This document shows positions 1 to 9,892 of a DNA stretch of 64,000 nucleotides, piece by piece. Each line of letters starts with the position of its first letter. Position 1 is the stretch's first letter. Made by a program: the position numbers and the translations under genes. Source of the DNA: Nannocystales bacterium (lineage in GTDB: Bacteria > Myxococcota_A > Polyangia > Nannocystales > Nannocystaceae); contig JBOEGF010000013.1 of assembly GCA_050633305.1 (NCBI GenBank), positions 96,001 through 160,000 of the forward strand, given 5' to 3'. Below the pieces are notes generated by a model. That model was not told the origin of the DNA and did not search any database. It saw only the letters and a list, made by a program, of their open reading frames with translations.

Positions 1-462
1 GCCATCGAGGACCACGACCCGCGCCGTGATCGCTCCAGCGCCAGTCGTAAAGCCAACGAACGATCCGCACCCGGGGCGCGGAACGGTGAACACGGGCGCC
101 ACATGCAGCGACGAGGTCCCCCAGATCCGCCAGTTGCTCACGCCAGCAGTCGCCCCTTCGGGCACCTCAACATCCGCGACATCGAGTCGGTCGAGCAGCG
201 GACCGGACACCGGCGGTTCGCCGGTCGTCGCAGTGTCGCTCTCGGTCGAGGGGTCAGTGTCTGAGCCCGGCCCACTCTGCGTGCTCGGGTCGCTGTCGGA
301 GTTACTGGAAGGACCCGGGCCTCCGCTGGGACTGGACGATGGACCGCTGGTCGAGGCGCCTCCCGTACCCTCCCAAGCGTCCGTATCCGCAGAGTCCGGG
401 CCGCCGTCGCATGCAACGAGACCGAAGAGCACCCACCAGCTGCCGCGTCGAAGTCCACTCAT
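1..462 (-). CDS. Lipoprotein with Ser/Thr/Gly/Pro-rich stalk (partial, runs off window start)
   Basis: Read manually, not in the ORF track. ATG at 462 gives MSGLRRGSWWVLFGLVAC (lipobox-like), then GTGGASTSGPSSSPSGG... and an open frame to position 1. Confidence 0.75.
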   Translation of the reverse strand, partial: MSGLRRGSWWVLFGLVACDGGPDSADTDAWEGTGGASTSGPSSSPSGGPGPSSNSDSDPSTQSGPGSDTDPSTESDTATTGEPPVSGPLLDRLDVADVEVPEGATAGVSNWRIWGTSSLHVAPVFTVPRPGCGSFVGFTTGAGAITARVVVLDG

Positions 463-630
463 CCTCACTCCACCCACGCGTTCATTATCGGGGTTCCGAG
501 GGGTCCCGACAATGAGCCGACGAGGATCGCAGTGGGGGCTGGAGTCGTAGTCCCTCGCCCCCGGACGGGCGGACGATGGTGTGAGGGTGTGCGCGAGGGT
601 GCCAGACAAACCGGAGACCAATGCCCACGC

Positions 631-1047
631 TCACTCGTCTTCGATCAGATACGCGACCAGATCCGTCGATGTCACGATGCCCGCCAGCGCCTCACCGTCG
701 AGGATCGGGATCGCGTGGAAACTACCCTTCGCCAAGTGAAGCGCTGCGTCCCGAACCGTCGCGCGGGTCTGAAGCGTCACCACATCCTCGGTCATCACCT
801 CTTGGAGCGGAAACAACTCCAAGTCCTGGGCGACCAGCTCCGGGTCATCGCGATACGGGTCACCCAACGCGATGCGGTGTAGGTCGTTGGTGCTGACCAG
901 CCCGACAAACCGGCCATCGGACACAATCGGGAGGTGGTGCACCCCATGCTCGAGCATCACCTCTCGCGCGCGCCGGGCGGTCTCGTCAGGGCTGAGCGCC
1001 AACGGGGTGGACGTCATGAGCCGGGAGATGAGCGTGTTGCCTTTCAC
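631..1047 (-). CDS. CBS domain pair protein
   Basis: LMTSTPLAL..MLEHGVHHLPIV..FVGLVSTNDL and VMTEDVVTL..FHAIPILDGEALAGIVTSTDL; GTG start at 1047 chosen. Confidence 0.9.
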   Translation of the reverse strand: MKGNTLISRLMTSTPLALSPDETARRAREVMLEHGVHHLPIVSDGRFVGLVSTNDLHRIALGDPYRDDPELVAQDLELFPLQEVMTEDVVTLQTRATVRDAALHLAKGSFHAIPILDGEALAGIVTSTDLVAYLIEDE

Positions 1048-1109
1048 CGTCCGTCCCTGTGCGCGCCCCGGGTCCCGCGGTCCGCAGGATCTGCGCCTAT
1101 ACTCTGGCG

Positions 1110-1706
1110 GTGCCATCGATCGCCATCCTCATCTTTGACGGTGTGGAGGAGCTCGACTTTGTCGGTCCCTGGGAGGTGCTGGCGGCGTGGGCTTCGCAGC
1201 ATCCCGACGACGACGTCCAGCTGTCGACGGTGCGCTGGGGTGGCTCCCCCCACGACCCGGTTCGGTGTGCGAAACGCCTACGGGTACTTGCGGACCGAGG
1301 GCAGCCGGAGCTCGGGGAGCCCGACGTGCTGCTCGTCCCGGGCGGGAAGGGCACACGCGCGCTGTTGCGGGATGAAGCTTTGGCCGAAGCACTCCGAGAG
1401 ACGTACGAGCGCGGGGGCTACGTCACGTCCGTGTGCACGGGCTCTCTGGTTCTCGCGGCTGCGGGACTGCTGGACGGCAAGCCCGCCACGACGCACTGGG
1501 GCAGCCTCGAGCAGCTCGCCGCCGCGGGCCAGGACATCGAGGTACGCGCGGACGCGCGCTTCGTCGAGAGCGACCGCATCATCACCGCCGCCGGCGTCTC
1601 GGCGGGGATCGACATGGCGCTGCACCTCGTCGCCCAACTCGCGTCCCTCGAGCGAGCCCGCGAGGTCAAGCGATACATCCAGTACGACCCTAAGCCCCCG
1701 GTTTAG
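1110..1706 (+). CDS. DJ-1/PfpI family protein (isonitrile hydratase-like)
   Basis: ELDFVGPWEV, LVPGG, SVCTGS (catalytic Cys), ATTHW, GVSAGID. Confidence 0.9.
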   Translation: MPSIAILIFDGVEELDFVGPWEVLAAWASQHPDDDVQLSTVRWGGSPHDPVRCAKRLRVLADRGQPELGEPDVLLVPGGKGTRALLRDEALAEALRETYERGGYVTSVCTGSLVLAAAGLLDGKPATTHWGSLEQLAAAGQDIEVRADARFVESDRIITAAGVSAGIDMALHLVAQLASLERAREVKRYIQYDPKPPV

Positions 1707-2160
1707 GATCGCCGAGCCTCGAAGTAGAGAGAAAGCCGCAGAGGCGCTCCCGAAGGAAGAACGTCCAACCATCGACGCCCGCAGCTCGGGTGAACGCGGG
1801 GTCGTCAGCGGGGAAGCTCTCGAAGATCGTATGAGTGAGCTTCAAGTGCGCCCCTTCTGCGGTCGAAGAAAGTTCCCAAAGGACCTCGGAGTCCCCGGGA
1901 AGTCCCTCGTACCGCCATCGATACCGTAGCGCGCGCAGAGGAACGACGCCTTCGACCCGCCACAGGTGGACGTAGTCTACCCCGTCGGCCTCCACGGTGA
2001 ACCTGGTCTCGAACCCTACGGTCGCCTCGAAGGTTTCAATCGTGGAGAAGAACCATTGCGACATCTCCCCGCCGTCGGTGATCGCCTGCCAGACAACCTC
2101 GGTGGGGACGTCATAAGTCTGTTCGACGATGATCGGTCGGGTTTCGCGTCGGGGTGTCAC
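1690..2160 (-). CDS. SRPBCC (AHSA1-like) domain protein
   Basis: IIVEQTYDVPTEVVWQAITD..MSQWF..LRYRW..LKLTHT..GWTFFL pattern; start approximate. Confidence 0.85.
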   Translation of the reverse strand: MTPRRETRPIIVEQTYDVPTEVVWQAITDGGEMSQWFFSTIETFEATVGFETRFTVEADGVDYVHLWRVEGVVPLRALRYRWRYEGLPGDSEVLWELSSTAEGAHLKLTHTIFESFPADDPAFTRAAGVDGWTFFLRERLCGFLSTSRLGDPKPGA

Positions 2161-2346
2161 GATCGAAGCTCCACCGTACCCAGAGACTGGGGTTCGGGCT
2201 CGAAACCTAACACCGCGGTCGACAGCCCGCGTGCGGGTTGAGGCAGCCCGGCCAAACCGGTGGTTCCCCGTGGTTTCGGGTCTCGGTGTGACCAAGGTCG
2301 CGCAGATCGATGGAATCCCGCGAGGTCGGGCAGTGTCAGAGGCCCC

Positions 2347-4125
2347 GTGCTCCAGCTTCCGCGCGTACGCCCCCTACTGCTGCTCAGCCTGGCCACCGCC
2401 CTTGCGTGCACTGATGACACGACCGCAACGGGCACGGACGTCGCGGGTGAAACCTCCGGCACCACCGGCCTCACAACCGACCCAACGACAGGAGCAACGC
2501 CGACCGGAGGCACGACGGCAGTGGACGGTTCGCAGGAGTCGGGCTCGGGGAGCAGCACCACGGACGACACGACGGGCGGCGAGCCCACGCCGGACCCGCT
2601 GCTGTGGCAGACCGACTGCGAAGCCGGCGGCTACGACCTGGCTCGGCTACACCCCGACCTCGAATGCGCCGCGATGGAAGTCCCCTTGAACTGGGACGAA
2701 CCCGACGCAGAGACGATCGTCGTCGGCGCAGTTCGAATCCCCACCACCGCAAAGGAACGCGTCGGCACCTTCTGGGCACTCGACGGTGGACCCGGGGGCT
2801 CAGGTCTGGGCTACGCACTCGACGAGGGCTGGCGAGAGGAGCTGCGCGACGCCGGCTGGGATGTGGTCATCCCCCCGCACCGCGGCACATTCTCCCCGCT
2901 TCTGACCTGCTTTTCTCCGGACTACCTGAGCGAGGACTGTCGCCTCGAGCTCGACGACGAATGGGGAGATGGACTGCAGCACTTCAACACCGTCCAGGCT
3001 GCCCGCGACGTGGGCGAGTTCATTCGGCGCGAGCGCCTCAGTGAGGACGAAGCGGTCGTCGTCTACGGGGTGTCGTACGGCACCTACTGGGCCCAGTTCT
3101 ACGCGGGCGAGTTTCCGACCCAGGCCACCGCGATCATTCTCGACAGCGCAGTGCCCACCACCGCCGACCTGGCGCAGGAGGAGTATCTCGTCCAGGACAT
3201 CGCAGAACAACTCCTTCAAGCCTGCGTCGACGATCCGGTCTGCGGTGCGCGAGTCGGCTTCGAATCGGGAGAAGCCTTTTCCGCCGCGGTGATCAGTGCG
3301 TTGGACGACGGAGACTGTGGGGGCGGAGACGTCGGGAACTGGGAGGACAACAACCTCCGCCTGCTGTTCGGACAACTCATCAACGCCCGCAACTTGCGGA
3401 ACTACGTCCCACTGCTGGCCGCCATGCTGACTCGGTGCGACCCGGAGCTTTCGAGCACCGTGGGCGATGCCATCAACGGACTTTTCGGGCAAGTCAGCGC
3501 CCCCCTTCGACCCTCCGAGCGCTTCCCAGTGGGTGTTCCGCTGGTCGCCGATACGAGCCCGACACACGATGGGTCCCCGCCCGCACCCGCGAGCCTCTTC
3601 TCCGGCCCGCTGCAGTCGACCGTGATCGCCACCACCATGCTCACCCCCGACGCCACCCCGGAGCAGGCCGAGCTCGATGCCCAACGCCACTTCGCATCGC
3701 TCGGATTCGGCACGCTGATGGCCCGGGTCCAACAGAGCTGGGACGACCTTCCGAAGGTCGAGTTCGACCGCGACTTCAAGTCGCAAACGCCGATGCTCGT
3801 CTTCAACGCACACTACGATGTCCAGACCGTGTTCCCGTGGGCGGAGCTGGTCGCCGAGCAACACGGGGCCCAACTCGTCGAGTTCTCGGACGGTCAGCAC
3901 GGCGTCACGCTGTCCAACACGGGTGGCAAGACGTTGGAGGGCGAGTCCTGTGCGCGTGCGATCATGCTGGCGTTCGTCGAAGACCCCGAGGCACCGGTCG
4001 ACGACGACTGCGCTGGCGGCTTGCCCCAGCTCGACGTCAACCTGGTTCGCCCGGACCTCGCCGGAGTGTCGATGGCAGCCTTTGGGACCGACGATCCGTG
4101 GTCCTTGCTGCCGACCGAGTCCTAG
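2347..4125 (+). CDS. Alpha/beta hydrolase lipoprotein (tripeptidyl-aminopeptidase/TAP-like)
   Basis: Lipobox ALAC, T/G-rich stalk, ECAAMEVPLNW, GGPGGSG, nucleophile YGVSYGT, C-terminal YDVQT and GQHG. Confidence 0.85.
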   Translation: MLQLPRVRPLLLLSLATALACTDDTTATGTDVAGETSGTTGLTTDPTTGATPTGGTTAVDGSQESGSGSSTTDDTTGGEPTPDPLLWQTDCEAGGYDLARLHPDLECAAMEVPLNWDEPDAETIVVGAVRIPTTAKERVGTFWALDGGPGGSGLGYALDEGWREELRDAGWDVVIPPHRGTFSPLLTCFSPDYLSEDCRLELDDEWGDGLQHFNTVQAARDVGEFIRRERLSEDEAVVVYGVSYGTYWAQFYAGEFPTQATAIILDSAVPTTADLAQEEYLVQDIAEQLLQACVDDPVCGARVGFESGEAFSAAVISALDDGDCGGGDVGNWEDNNLRLLFGQLINARNLRNYVPLLAAMLTRCDPELSSTVGDAINGLFGQVSAPLRPSERFPVGVPLVADTSPTHDGSPPAPASLFSGPLQSTVIATTMLTPDATPEQAELDAQRHFASLGFGTLMARVQQSWDDLPKVEFDRDFKSQTPMLVFNAHYDVQTVFPWAELVAEQHGAQLVEFSDGQHGVTLSNTGGKTLEGESCARAIMLAFVEDPEAPVDDDCAGGLPQLDVNLVRPDLAGVSMAAFGTDDPWSLLPTES

Positions 4126-4235
4126 CAGCCGTTGCGCACCGCTTCTGGGCGGTTAGTCGCGAAAAGCCGCCAAAGCGGGACAGAACGGGCGGGCATTAAG
4201 AGGTCGGTTAAGCCGGCGGGCGCTAGACCGGTCCC

Positions 4236-5378
4236 ATGCTTGCTCCTGCTCGTCTTCTGCTTGTCCTTCTGCCCGCGACAGTCCTAGCGTGCAGCGACTC
4301 CCGGCTCGTGGAGGAAACCGACCCCGAGACCGCCCCCGAGGTGCTCGCTGACGACGAGTGCCCCCACTGGCTCCTGGTCGAGCGCACCGGAGACTTTCCA
4401 GTCTACGAGCGTCGGACCTACGACGATCAAGCTCGCCTGATCCGACACGAGACGGGCGGCCACACCCGATCACTCTCCGGAGAGCACCATTCGGTCACCG
4501 AGATCAGCTACGGCGATGGACTCGTCACATCGGTCACCGAAGAGCGAGCATCGCTGGACGACGAGCTCGTTCACCGCGTTACCGAGGTCACGGAGCTCGA
4601 CGTCGACGGCCGCCCGGTTCGGATCCATGGTTGGGACTCGCTTGACCTCATGGCGCCCAACCGAACGGTGTCCTTGGAGTACGACGCCCAAGGCCGGTTG
4701 AGCCTCCACCACCAAGATGACGAGTACGCCAACGGTGGAGTTGTTGACCGAGCATGCTCGTATACCTACGACACGCAGGGGCAGCTGAGCGCCAAGATCT
4801 GCGAAGGCACCAACCCCGACACCAAACACTACGGCTGGGATGACAACGGCAACCTCCTGTTCTCCGAGCTGGAAGCGGAGACATTCACGCACCGGGCCGA
4901 CTACACCTACGACGGCATGCTGCTCACGAGCCTCCTCGCGGACGACTTCGCCCGCTATGCGTTCGGCTACGACGAAGCAGGACGACTCGTCTCCCACGAA
5001 TACGAACGCTTCGACGGCCTTGGGGACGCTGTGGATGAGTACGAGTACGACCCGCAGGGCCGGATGGAGCGACACGTCGCAACGAGACTGGACGGTTCGC
5101 ATTACGACACGACCGTGTTCCACTACGACCCCGAAGGCCGACTGCTCGAGGCCGCCTCGGAGCGCACGCCCCGGTCCTACGCCTACGAACAATCAGGTGA
5201 TGAACTCACGGTCACCGAGCGATGGGGGAAAAACCTCCACGAGACTCGGAGCTACCTCTGCTCGCCGACCCCGGCCACGGGACTCCCCGCGGATACGAAC
5301 CCCGAACCGTTCGGAGGAGCGGACCGAATCCTTCCGACCGAAACCGTCGAGCCCCAACCCTTTCCGACTGGGGCCTGA
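4236..5378 (+). CDS. YD/RHS-repeat lipoprotein
   Basis: Lipobox VLAC; repeated YDDQARL, YDAQGRL, YDTQGQL, YDEAGRL, YDPQGRM, YDPEGRL. Confidence 0.8.
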   Translation: MLAPARLLLVLLPATVLACSDSRLVEETDPETAPEVLADDECPHWLLVERTGDFPVYERRTYDDQARLIRHETGGHTRSLSGEHHSVTEISYGDGLVTSVTEERASLDDELVHRVTEVTELDVDGRPVRIHGWDSLDLMAPNRTVSLEYDAQGRLSLHHQDDEYANGGVVDRACSYTYDTQGQLSAKICEGTNPDTKHYGWDDNGNLLFSELEAETFTHRADYTYDGMLLTSLLADDFARYAFGYDEAGRLVSHEYERFDGLGDAVDEYEYDPQGRMERHVATRLDGSHYDTTVFHYDPEGRLLEAASERTPRSYAYEQSGDELTVTERWGKNLHETRSYLCSPTPATGLPADTNPEPFGGADRILPTETVEPQPFPTGA

Positions 5379-5384
5379 CGCGCT

Positions 5385-5633
5385 CTAGTCCGCCGTGGAC
5401 CCCTTCATTTCCTCGATGATCCGCGGGGCGACCTTCGCTCCGTAGTACCCGCCGATGACCAGCTTCAGAACCAAGTGCTGCGCCGCCGGCAGGAACACGA
5501 CCCACAGTTCTCCGAGGGCTCCGAAGGAGTACAGGGCCCCGAGGACGGCGACCATGGCGTACGACGCGGCTGCGAACACGGCTTCGATCGCCTTGAAGCC
5601 ATTGAGAAGTCGCTTTCCGAGTTCAGCCTCCAT
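5385..5633 (-). CDS. Small hypothetical membrane protein
   Basis: 82 aa from MEAELGKRLL with about two hydrophobic segments. Confidence 0.5.
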   Translation of the reverse strand: MEAELGKRLLNGFKAIEAVFAAASYAMVAVLGALYSFGALGELWVVFLPAAQHLVLKLVIGGYYGAKVAPRIIEEMKGSTAD

Positions 5634-6071
5634 GGGTCTCATCGTTTCAGATTGTATCCCGAGCAGGGCTCGCGCCACGAAGGCGGCGTCCCATCCGGCA
5701 GTGCAACCAGCAACACCGGGACCGCGACCGACATTCCACGAGCGCGGCGACGTCGACGAGAAGGAGGGTCGGCACCGACCACCACCCGCCGCGTTCGTCA
5801 TCACGCCTCAGCGGCTGCGGCGCGCGGTGGCCAGACCTCGAACACCGGCTCCGCCTCCAGGGGATCGCGAGGGCCGACCCCGCAGCCGGCGGCCGTGAGA
5901 GTCCACAGGACCCCCTGAGAGTCCATGTCCGCCACAGCTCTGGGTACATCGGAGTGGCTGCCGACAACCATGACCCAGGAGTCCGCGCGCGTGTTCGCGC
6001 AGGTGTCCGAGACCGGGACTTGTCGCGTCCCGCCGACCTGTGCAACAAGCCGCCAATAGGGAGAGACGCCG

Positions 6072-6971
6072 ATGACGATGAACGAAATGACTTGGTTGCT
6101 CGGTGTGGACCTCAGGCCAGACGCGGAAGGGGCCGTAGCCTTCGCTTCGTGGCTTGCCTCCGCTCGTCGGGAGGACACCGTGATCCCCGTGCACGTGCTC
6201 GTCGCCGACCACCTTCAGGCGGTGCTGCAACGTCGGCACCTCGCCGAGGTTCAAGACGCAGCGAAGGCCGCGATGTTGACCCTCATCGCCAAGCACGACA
6301 CCGACAACCACTTCGCACCACCGAGAATCGTCGAAGGTGGGACGGCCGAAGGTCGACTCGAGCTCATCCGCGAGGAAGAGAGCGCACGGGTGCTGGTCGT
6401 CAACCGATTCGCGACCGAAGCGCGTCGAAGCCTTCGGCGATTGGGCCGGGTCGCACGTCGGTCTCTTCGTGCGCTCAACTCCCCAGTGATCACCGTCCCC
6501 CCCGGCCTCACCGCGGAGAAGATCGGTAAGGGCCCAGTGCTGGTCACCACCAACCTCACCGAGGAGTGCGGGCGCGCGCTCGAGTTCGGTGCCGACCTTG
6601 CGAAACGCCTCGGCCGCAAGCTCGTCGTCACGACCGTGCGTCGAGTCCCCGATCAGCAGGCGCCGTCGTACATGCACGAGGCCGCGACGGACAAAGTCGC
6701 CGAGGTTCGCACCCAGGAGACCGCCGCCGCGCTGGCAAAATGGGTCGAGGACCACAACGAGACCGTCGATGAGCAGGTCGTGTTGCTCGGCGAGGTCGTC
6801 ACGACCGTCACCAGCTTGGCTGCCGAGCGCGACGCGTGTCTGATCGTCGCAGGGTCGCGACCGCTCTCGCAGCTCGAGCGTATGTTCCTGACCTCCGTCG
6901 GCCGCGGGCTGTCGGCGATCAGCACCACACCCGTCGCGATCGTGCCTCCGGGCGACATCCCGCCCAAGTAG
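6072..6971 (+). CDS. Universal stress protein (tandem USP domains)
   Basis: LLGVDL..VHV..LGRVARRSLR..PVITVP and VLVTTNL..LIVAGSR..FLTSVGRGL..PVAIVP; GGGAGAG RBS upstream. Confidence 0.85.
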   Translation: MTMNEMTWLLGVDLRPDAEGAVAFASWLASARREDTVIPVHVLVADHLQAVLQRRHLAEVQDAAKAAMLTLIAKHDTDNHFAPPRIVEGGTAEGRLELIREEESARVLVVNRFATEARRSLRRLGRVARRSLRALNSPVITVPPGLTAEKIGKGPVLVTTNLTEECGRALEFGADLAKRLGRKLVVTTVRRVPDQQAPSYMHEAATDKVAEVRTQETAAALAKWVEDHNETVDEQVVLLGEVVTTVTSLAAERDACLIVAGSRPLSQLERMFLTSVGRGLSAISTTPVAIVPPGDIPPK

Positions 6972-6998
6972 ACGCGACTTCGCGGTCCGGGCTGCGCA

Positions 6999-8045
6999 TC
7001 ACAGCGTCGCGATCACCCGCATCACCGCATCGACATCCCCCGGATGGTTGAGACGTCCGAAGCTGAAGCGAACCGTGCCCTCGGGCGCGCCGAGCATCGC
7101 GGTGGCTGAGGGCGCGCAGTGGCGCCCAGCTCGGACAACGATGCCTTCCGCGGCGAAGACCGCCTCCGCCTTGCCAACGGCTAGTCCATCGAAACAGGCC
7201 GAGAGCACCCCCGTCGACGGCCCCTCGCCTCCGAACACGTGACACCCAGGGTGTTGCACGAGCGCAGCGCGCAACTCGTCGCGCAGAGAGGCTGCGATGC
7301 AAGGCTCCCCAGCGGCGTCCGACGACAGCCATTGGAGACTCCGACTCATCGCGACCGCACTCGGAAGGTCGACCGAGCCCAAGTCGCAGAACCCGATGTC
7401 GATGCTGCACGTGTCCGCGAGCCAGAGTCCCCCGACCCCCAGCGGCGCCATCGGTCCTTTGTGTCCCGCGAACGCGACCGCATCCGCGCCGAGCGACTCG
7501 AAGTGAAGAGGCTGTAGCCCAGCGACCTGTGCAGCATCCACCAAGACCTGGACGCCGTGCCGTCGCGCCTGCGCGATGATCTCAACCAGAGGTAGGCACT
7601 CGCCCGTCACATTCGATGCGGCGGTGACGACCACCCACCGAACCCTCCCCTCGGTGAGCATCTCCTCGTAGCGTTCCAGGTCGAACGCAGTCCCCTGCCG
7701 ATAGGGCACGACGCGATGCTCGATGCCGACGTTGCGAACGAGGTCGGCGATCGGGCTGAGCACCGCCTCGTGTTCGACCGCGCTGCTGAGTACGACATCA
7801 CCTACCGTCCATGGGATGCGCCGCAGCGCCGTGGCCAACGCCGCCGTACACCCGGGCGTGAGCAGCAGCCGGGAGGGCACACTGATGCCGAAGCTCGCCG
7901 CGATGTCTGAACGGGCCCGCTCGAACAGCGGTCCGTACGTTCGCGGATCCGCCGTCATCACTTCGGCGACGGCCTCGGCGCAACCGGGAGCCTTCGGCCA
8001 GCTGGTGCCCGCGTTGTTGAGGTAGCAAAGATCTCGCTCAGGCAC
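6999..8045 (-). CDS. Class V PLP aminotransferase, cysteine desulfurase-like
   Basis: YLNNAGTSWPK, EHEAV, SNVTG, VDAAQ, AGHKG (PLP Lys), RAGRHCA (catalytic Cys), VRFSFG. Confidence 0.85.
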   Translation of the reverse strand: MPERDLCYLNNAGTSWPKAPGCAEAVAEVMTADPRTYGPLFERARSDIAASFGISVPSRLLLTPGCTAALATALRRIPWTVGDVVLSSAVEHEAVLSPIADLVRNVGIEHRVVPYRQGTAFDLERYEEMLTEGRVRWVVVTAASNVTGECLPLVEIIAQARRHGVQVLVDAAQVAGLQPLHFESLGADAVAFAGHKGPMAPLGVGGLWLADTCSIDIGFCDLGSVDLPSAVAMSRSLQWLSSDAAGEPCIAASLRDELRAALVQHPGCHVFGGEGPSTGVLSACFDGLAVGKAEAVFAAEGIVVRAGRHCAPSATAMLGAPEGTVRFSFGRLNHPGDVDAVMRVIATL

Positions 8046-8093
8046 GGCCGCACCATAGCGCCGCCCGAACCCACGTGCAGGCTCTGAGGGACA

Positions 8094-8768
8094 CTACTCA
8101 GGCTCGAACCTCAGCGTGAGCCTCGCGCCACGCCGCCCGGAATCCTTCGGCGCCGGAAACAACGTCGACAACGTGGTTTCCCGAATGCACTCGATCATCT
8201 CCTCGTCTTGGATCTCGTTTTCCTCCCCAAGTTCGAACGACTCGACGATGCCGCCAACGTCCTCGTCGCCGACCATCTCGAGGTTGATGTCGATCAGGCC
8301 CGCGATGCCGGGGTCCCGCTCCGCCGCCGCTTCGTAGCACTCGTCCACGAGCGGCATGAGGTCCTTGCTCACCGCATCCATCAGGTCGCTGAGCTCACCG
8401 TCGCTCTTGTCCTTGATGGGGTGGGCTTGACCGGGGCCGTCGTCGTCGCCCTCGTCGCCCGGTGCCGTGTCGTTGTGGGGAGAAGATGATGGGTCCTTCG
8501 AGCCCTGAGTACGGCGGCGGGCCACACCGTCTGCGATCCGCCGCAAGTAGGCTTCGCGCTGCTTCGCATCGACCTGACGCTTGCTGGTCACCCGCTCAAC
8601 ATCGACCGCCGCTCTCGAACCGACCGCCGGCGCGCGTACAGGTTGAACCACCGTGACCGTCGCTTGCGAGGGCGCTGCGTTGCCCTGGAGCACATCCTCG
8701 GGTGCCCACAGCGAAATCGCGCCGACCGTCAGGACTGCCAGCGCGAGCACGATCCACAACCGCTTCAT
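8094..8768 (-). CDS. Membrane-anchored protein with AgmX/PglI (TonB-C-like) C-terminal domain
   Basis: N-terminal hydrophobic segment; C-terminal ECYEAAAERDPGIAGLIDINLEM..ECIRETTLSTLFPAP. Confidence 0.65.
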   Translation of the reverse strand: MKRLWIVLALAVLTVGAISLWAPEDVLQGNAAPSQATVTVVQPVRAPAVGSRAAVDVERVTSKRQVDAKQREAYLRRIADGVARRRTQGSKDPSSSPHNDTAPGDEGDDDGPGQAHPIKDKSDGELSDLMDAVSKDLMPLVDECYEAAAERDPGIAGLIDINLEMVGDEDVGGIVESFELGEENEIQDEEMIECIRETTLSTLFPAPKDSGRRGARLTLRFEPE

Positions 8769-9064
8769 GCACCTCTCCTATCAAGCCCGAGGCCGGAACT
8801 GACGGATTGGGCTGGGTCCGAACGAGTGGAGTGCCTTTTCTGTGATGCTCGAACCCCTGGTGATCGTTCGCCGACGGACGGACACTACCCATCTGAATGC
8901 CGCCGCTCGCGTTGCTCGACGTCACGGCTCAGTACGAGGGCACCACGGTCTTGGAGACCCAGCGCAGCCCAACGCACGAGCCCAACGACACGCACTGGGG
9001 CCCCGGCTGCGGCTCGTGCCCACGGTCAGTCTCAGAGACGCTCTCCCTTCCCTAAGGGCCTCGC

Positions 9065-9739
9065 TCAAGCACCGCGGTACGACTTCACGAGCTGCTCGAG
9101 CAGTTCGTGCGCCGACCCCGGCTGTGCCGCGAGAGCGTGCGCCAAGCCGACCGACAGCTCGTCCCGCGCACCCGGTCGAACGGGCGGAGACTCGCTCGCA
9201 TGTTGGGCTGCGGAGAACCAGTGCTGCACGGCGACCAACCGATGCAGCCGCGGCGCCAGGTCGTTGGGCCAACCGGACGAGCCACGATACGGCGACGACT
9301 CCGGTCCCAACGCGGCCTGTGCCTGGATCGCCGACAGCTGCTCGAGCGCCGCGGCTTCGTAGTGCTCGGCGCCATCGCCAAGATCCTCGACCGGCTGGTC
9401 CTTCCAATCGAAGTAGGAGTCCACCGCGCGCTCCTGCGGCTCGAGGGTCCCGTAGTCCAGGACCGTCGGGAGCCCACCGAGGTACCCCTCGAGCGAGCGC
9501 GCCAACACCTCCGTGCCGCCGCTGACGATGCGCTCGACCGGGATCCCGAGGTGGTGTGCGAGATGGACGGCCCACAGCGGGGATTTCGCGCCCTCCCACA
9601 ACTCGTCGGTGGTCCGCGCCTCACGGAGCCAGTCTTCCCGCCCCTCGGGCTCGGGCGGTTCGTGGCGCTGGACCACGCGGGCCAAGGTTTGCGACAGCGC
9701 CAGCCGCAGTCGCGCAAACCGACGATTGAGCCAGAACAT
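9065..9739 (-). CDS. Hypothetical protein
   Basis: 224-aa ORF with protein-like composition; no family recognised. Confidence 0.55.
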   Translation of the reverse strand: MFWLNRRFARLRLALSQTLARVVQRHEPPEPEGREDWLREARTTDELWEGAKSPLWAVHLAHHLGIPVERIVSGGTEVLARSLEGYLGGLPTVLDYGTLEPQERAVDSYFDWKDQPVEDLGDGAEHYEAAALEQLSAIQAQAALGPESSPYRGSSGWPNDLAPRLHRLVAVQHWFSAAQHASESPPVRPGARDELSVGLAHALAAQPGSAHELLEQLVKSYRGA

Positions 9740-9842
9740 GACGAGGGCAGTGTAGCGGGCAGAGCGATTCTGGCACCCCGCCTGCTCCTCGCTGCGGGTG
9801 CGCGAACCGCGAGGAGGCGTGGAAGAAAAAAGTGACCGACTC

Positions 9843-9869
9843 TGTCGATCCGCGCCGCGCTTGTTCGTC
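9843..9869 (+). promoter_or_regulatory. Putative ECF42-type promoter (TGTCGA-N17-CGTC)
   Basis: TGTCGA at 9843-9848 and CGTC at 9866-9869, upstream of the yciI-ECF42 pair; matches the reported ECF42 motif. Confidence 0.65.
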
Positions 9870-9892
9870 GGCTAGGCAGAAGGAACCCACCG

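Noticed and set aside
2731..2750. GTTCGAATCC resembling a tRNA T-loop (also near 53955)
   Set aside because: Inside CDSs, with no T-stem or cloverleaf
4236..5633. RHS toxin plus immunity pair
   Set aside because: No RHS core or toxin domain, and the small ORF is convergent rather than co-transcribed
6999..8045. Cysteine desulfurase as part of a Dnd/Ssp phosphorothioation or Fe-S cluster locus
   Set aside because: No dnd, ssp, suf or isc genes are in the neighbourhood
8966..8993. Short imperfect tandem AGCCCAACG(A)CACG in an intergenic gap
   Set aside because: Only two imperfect copies, which is plausible by chance
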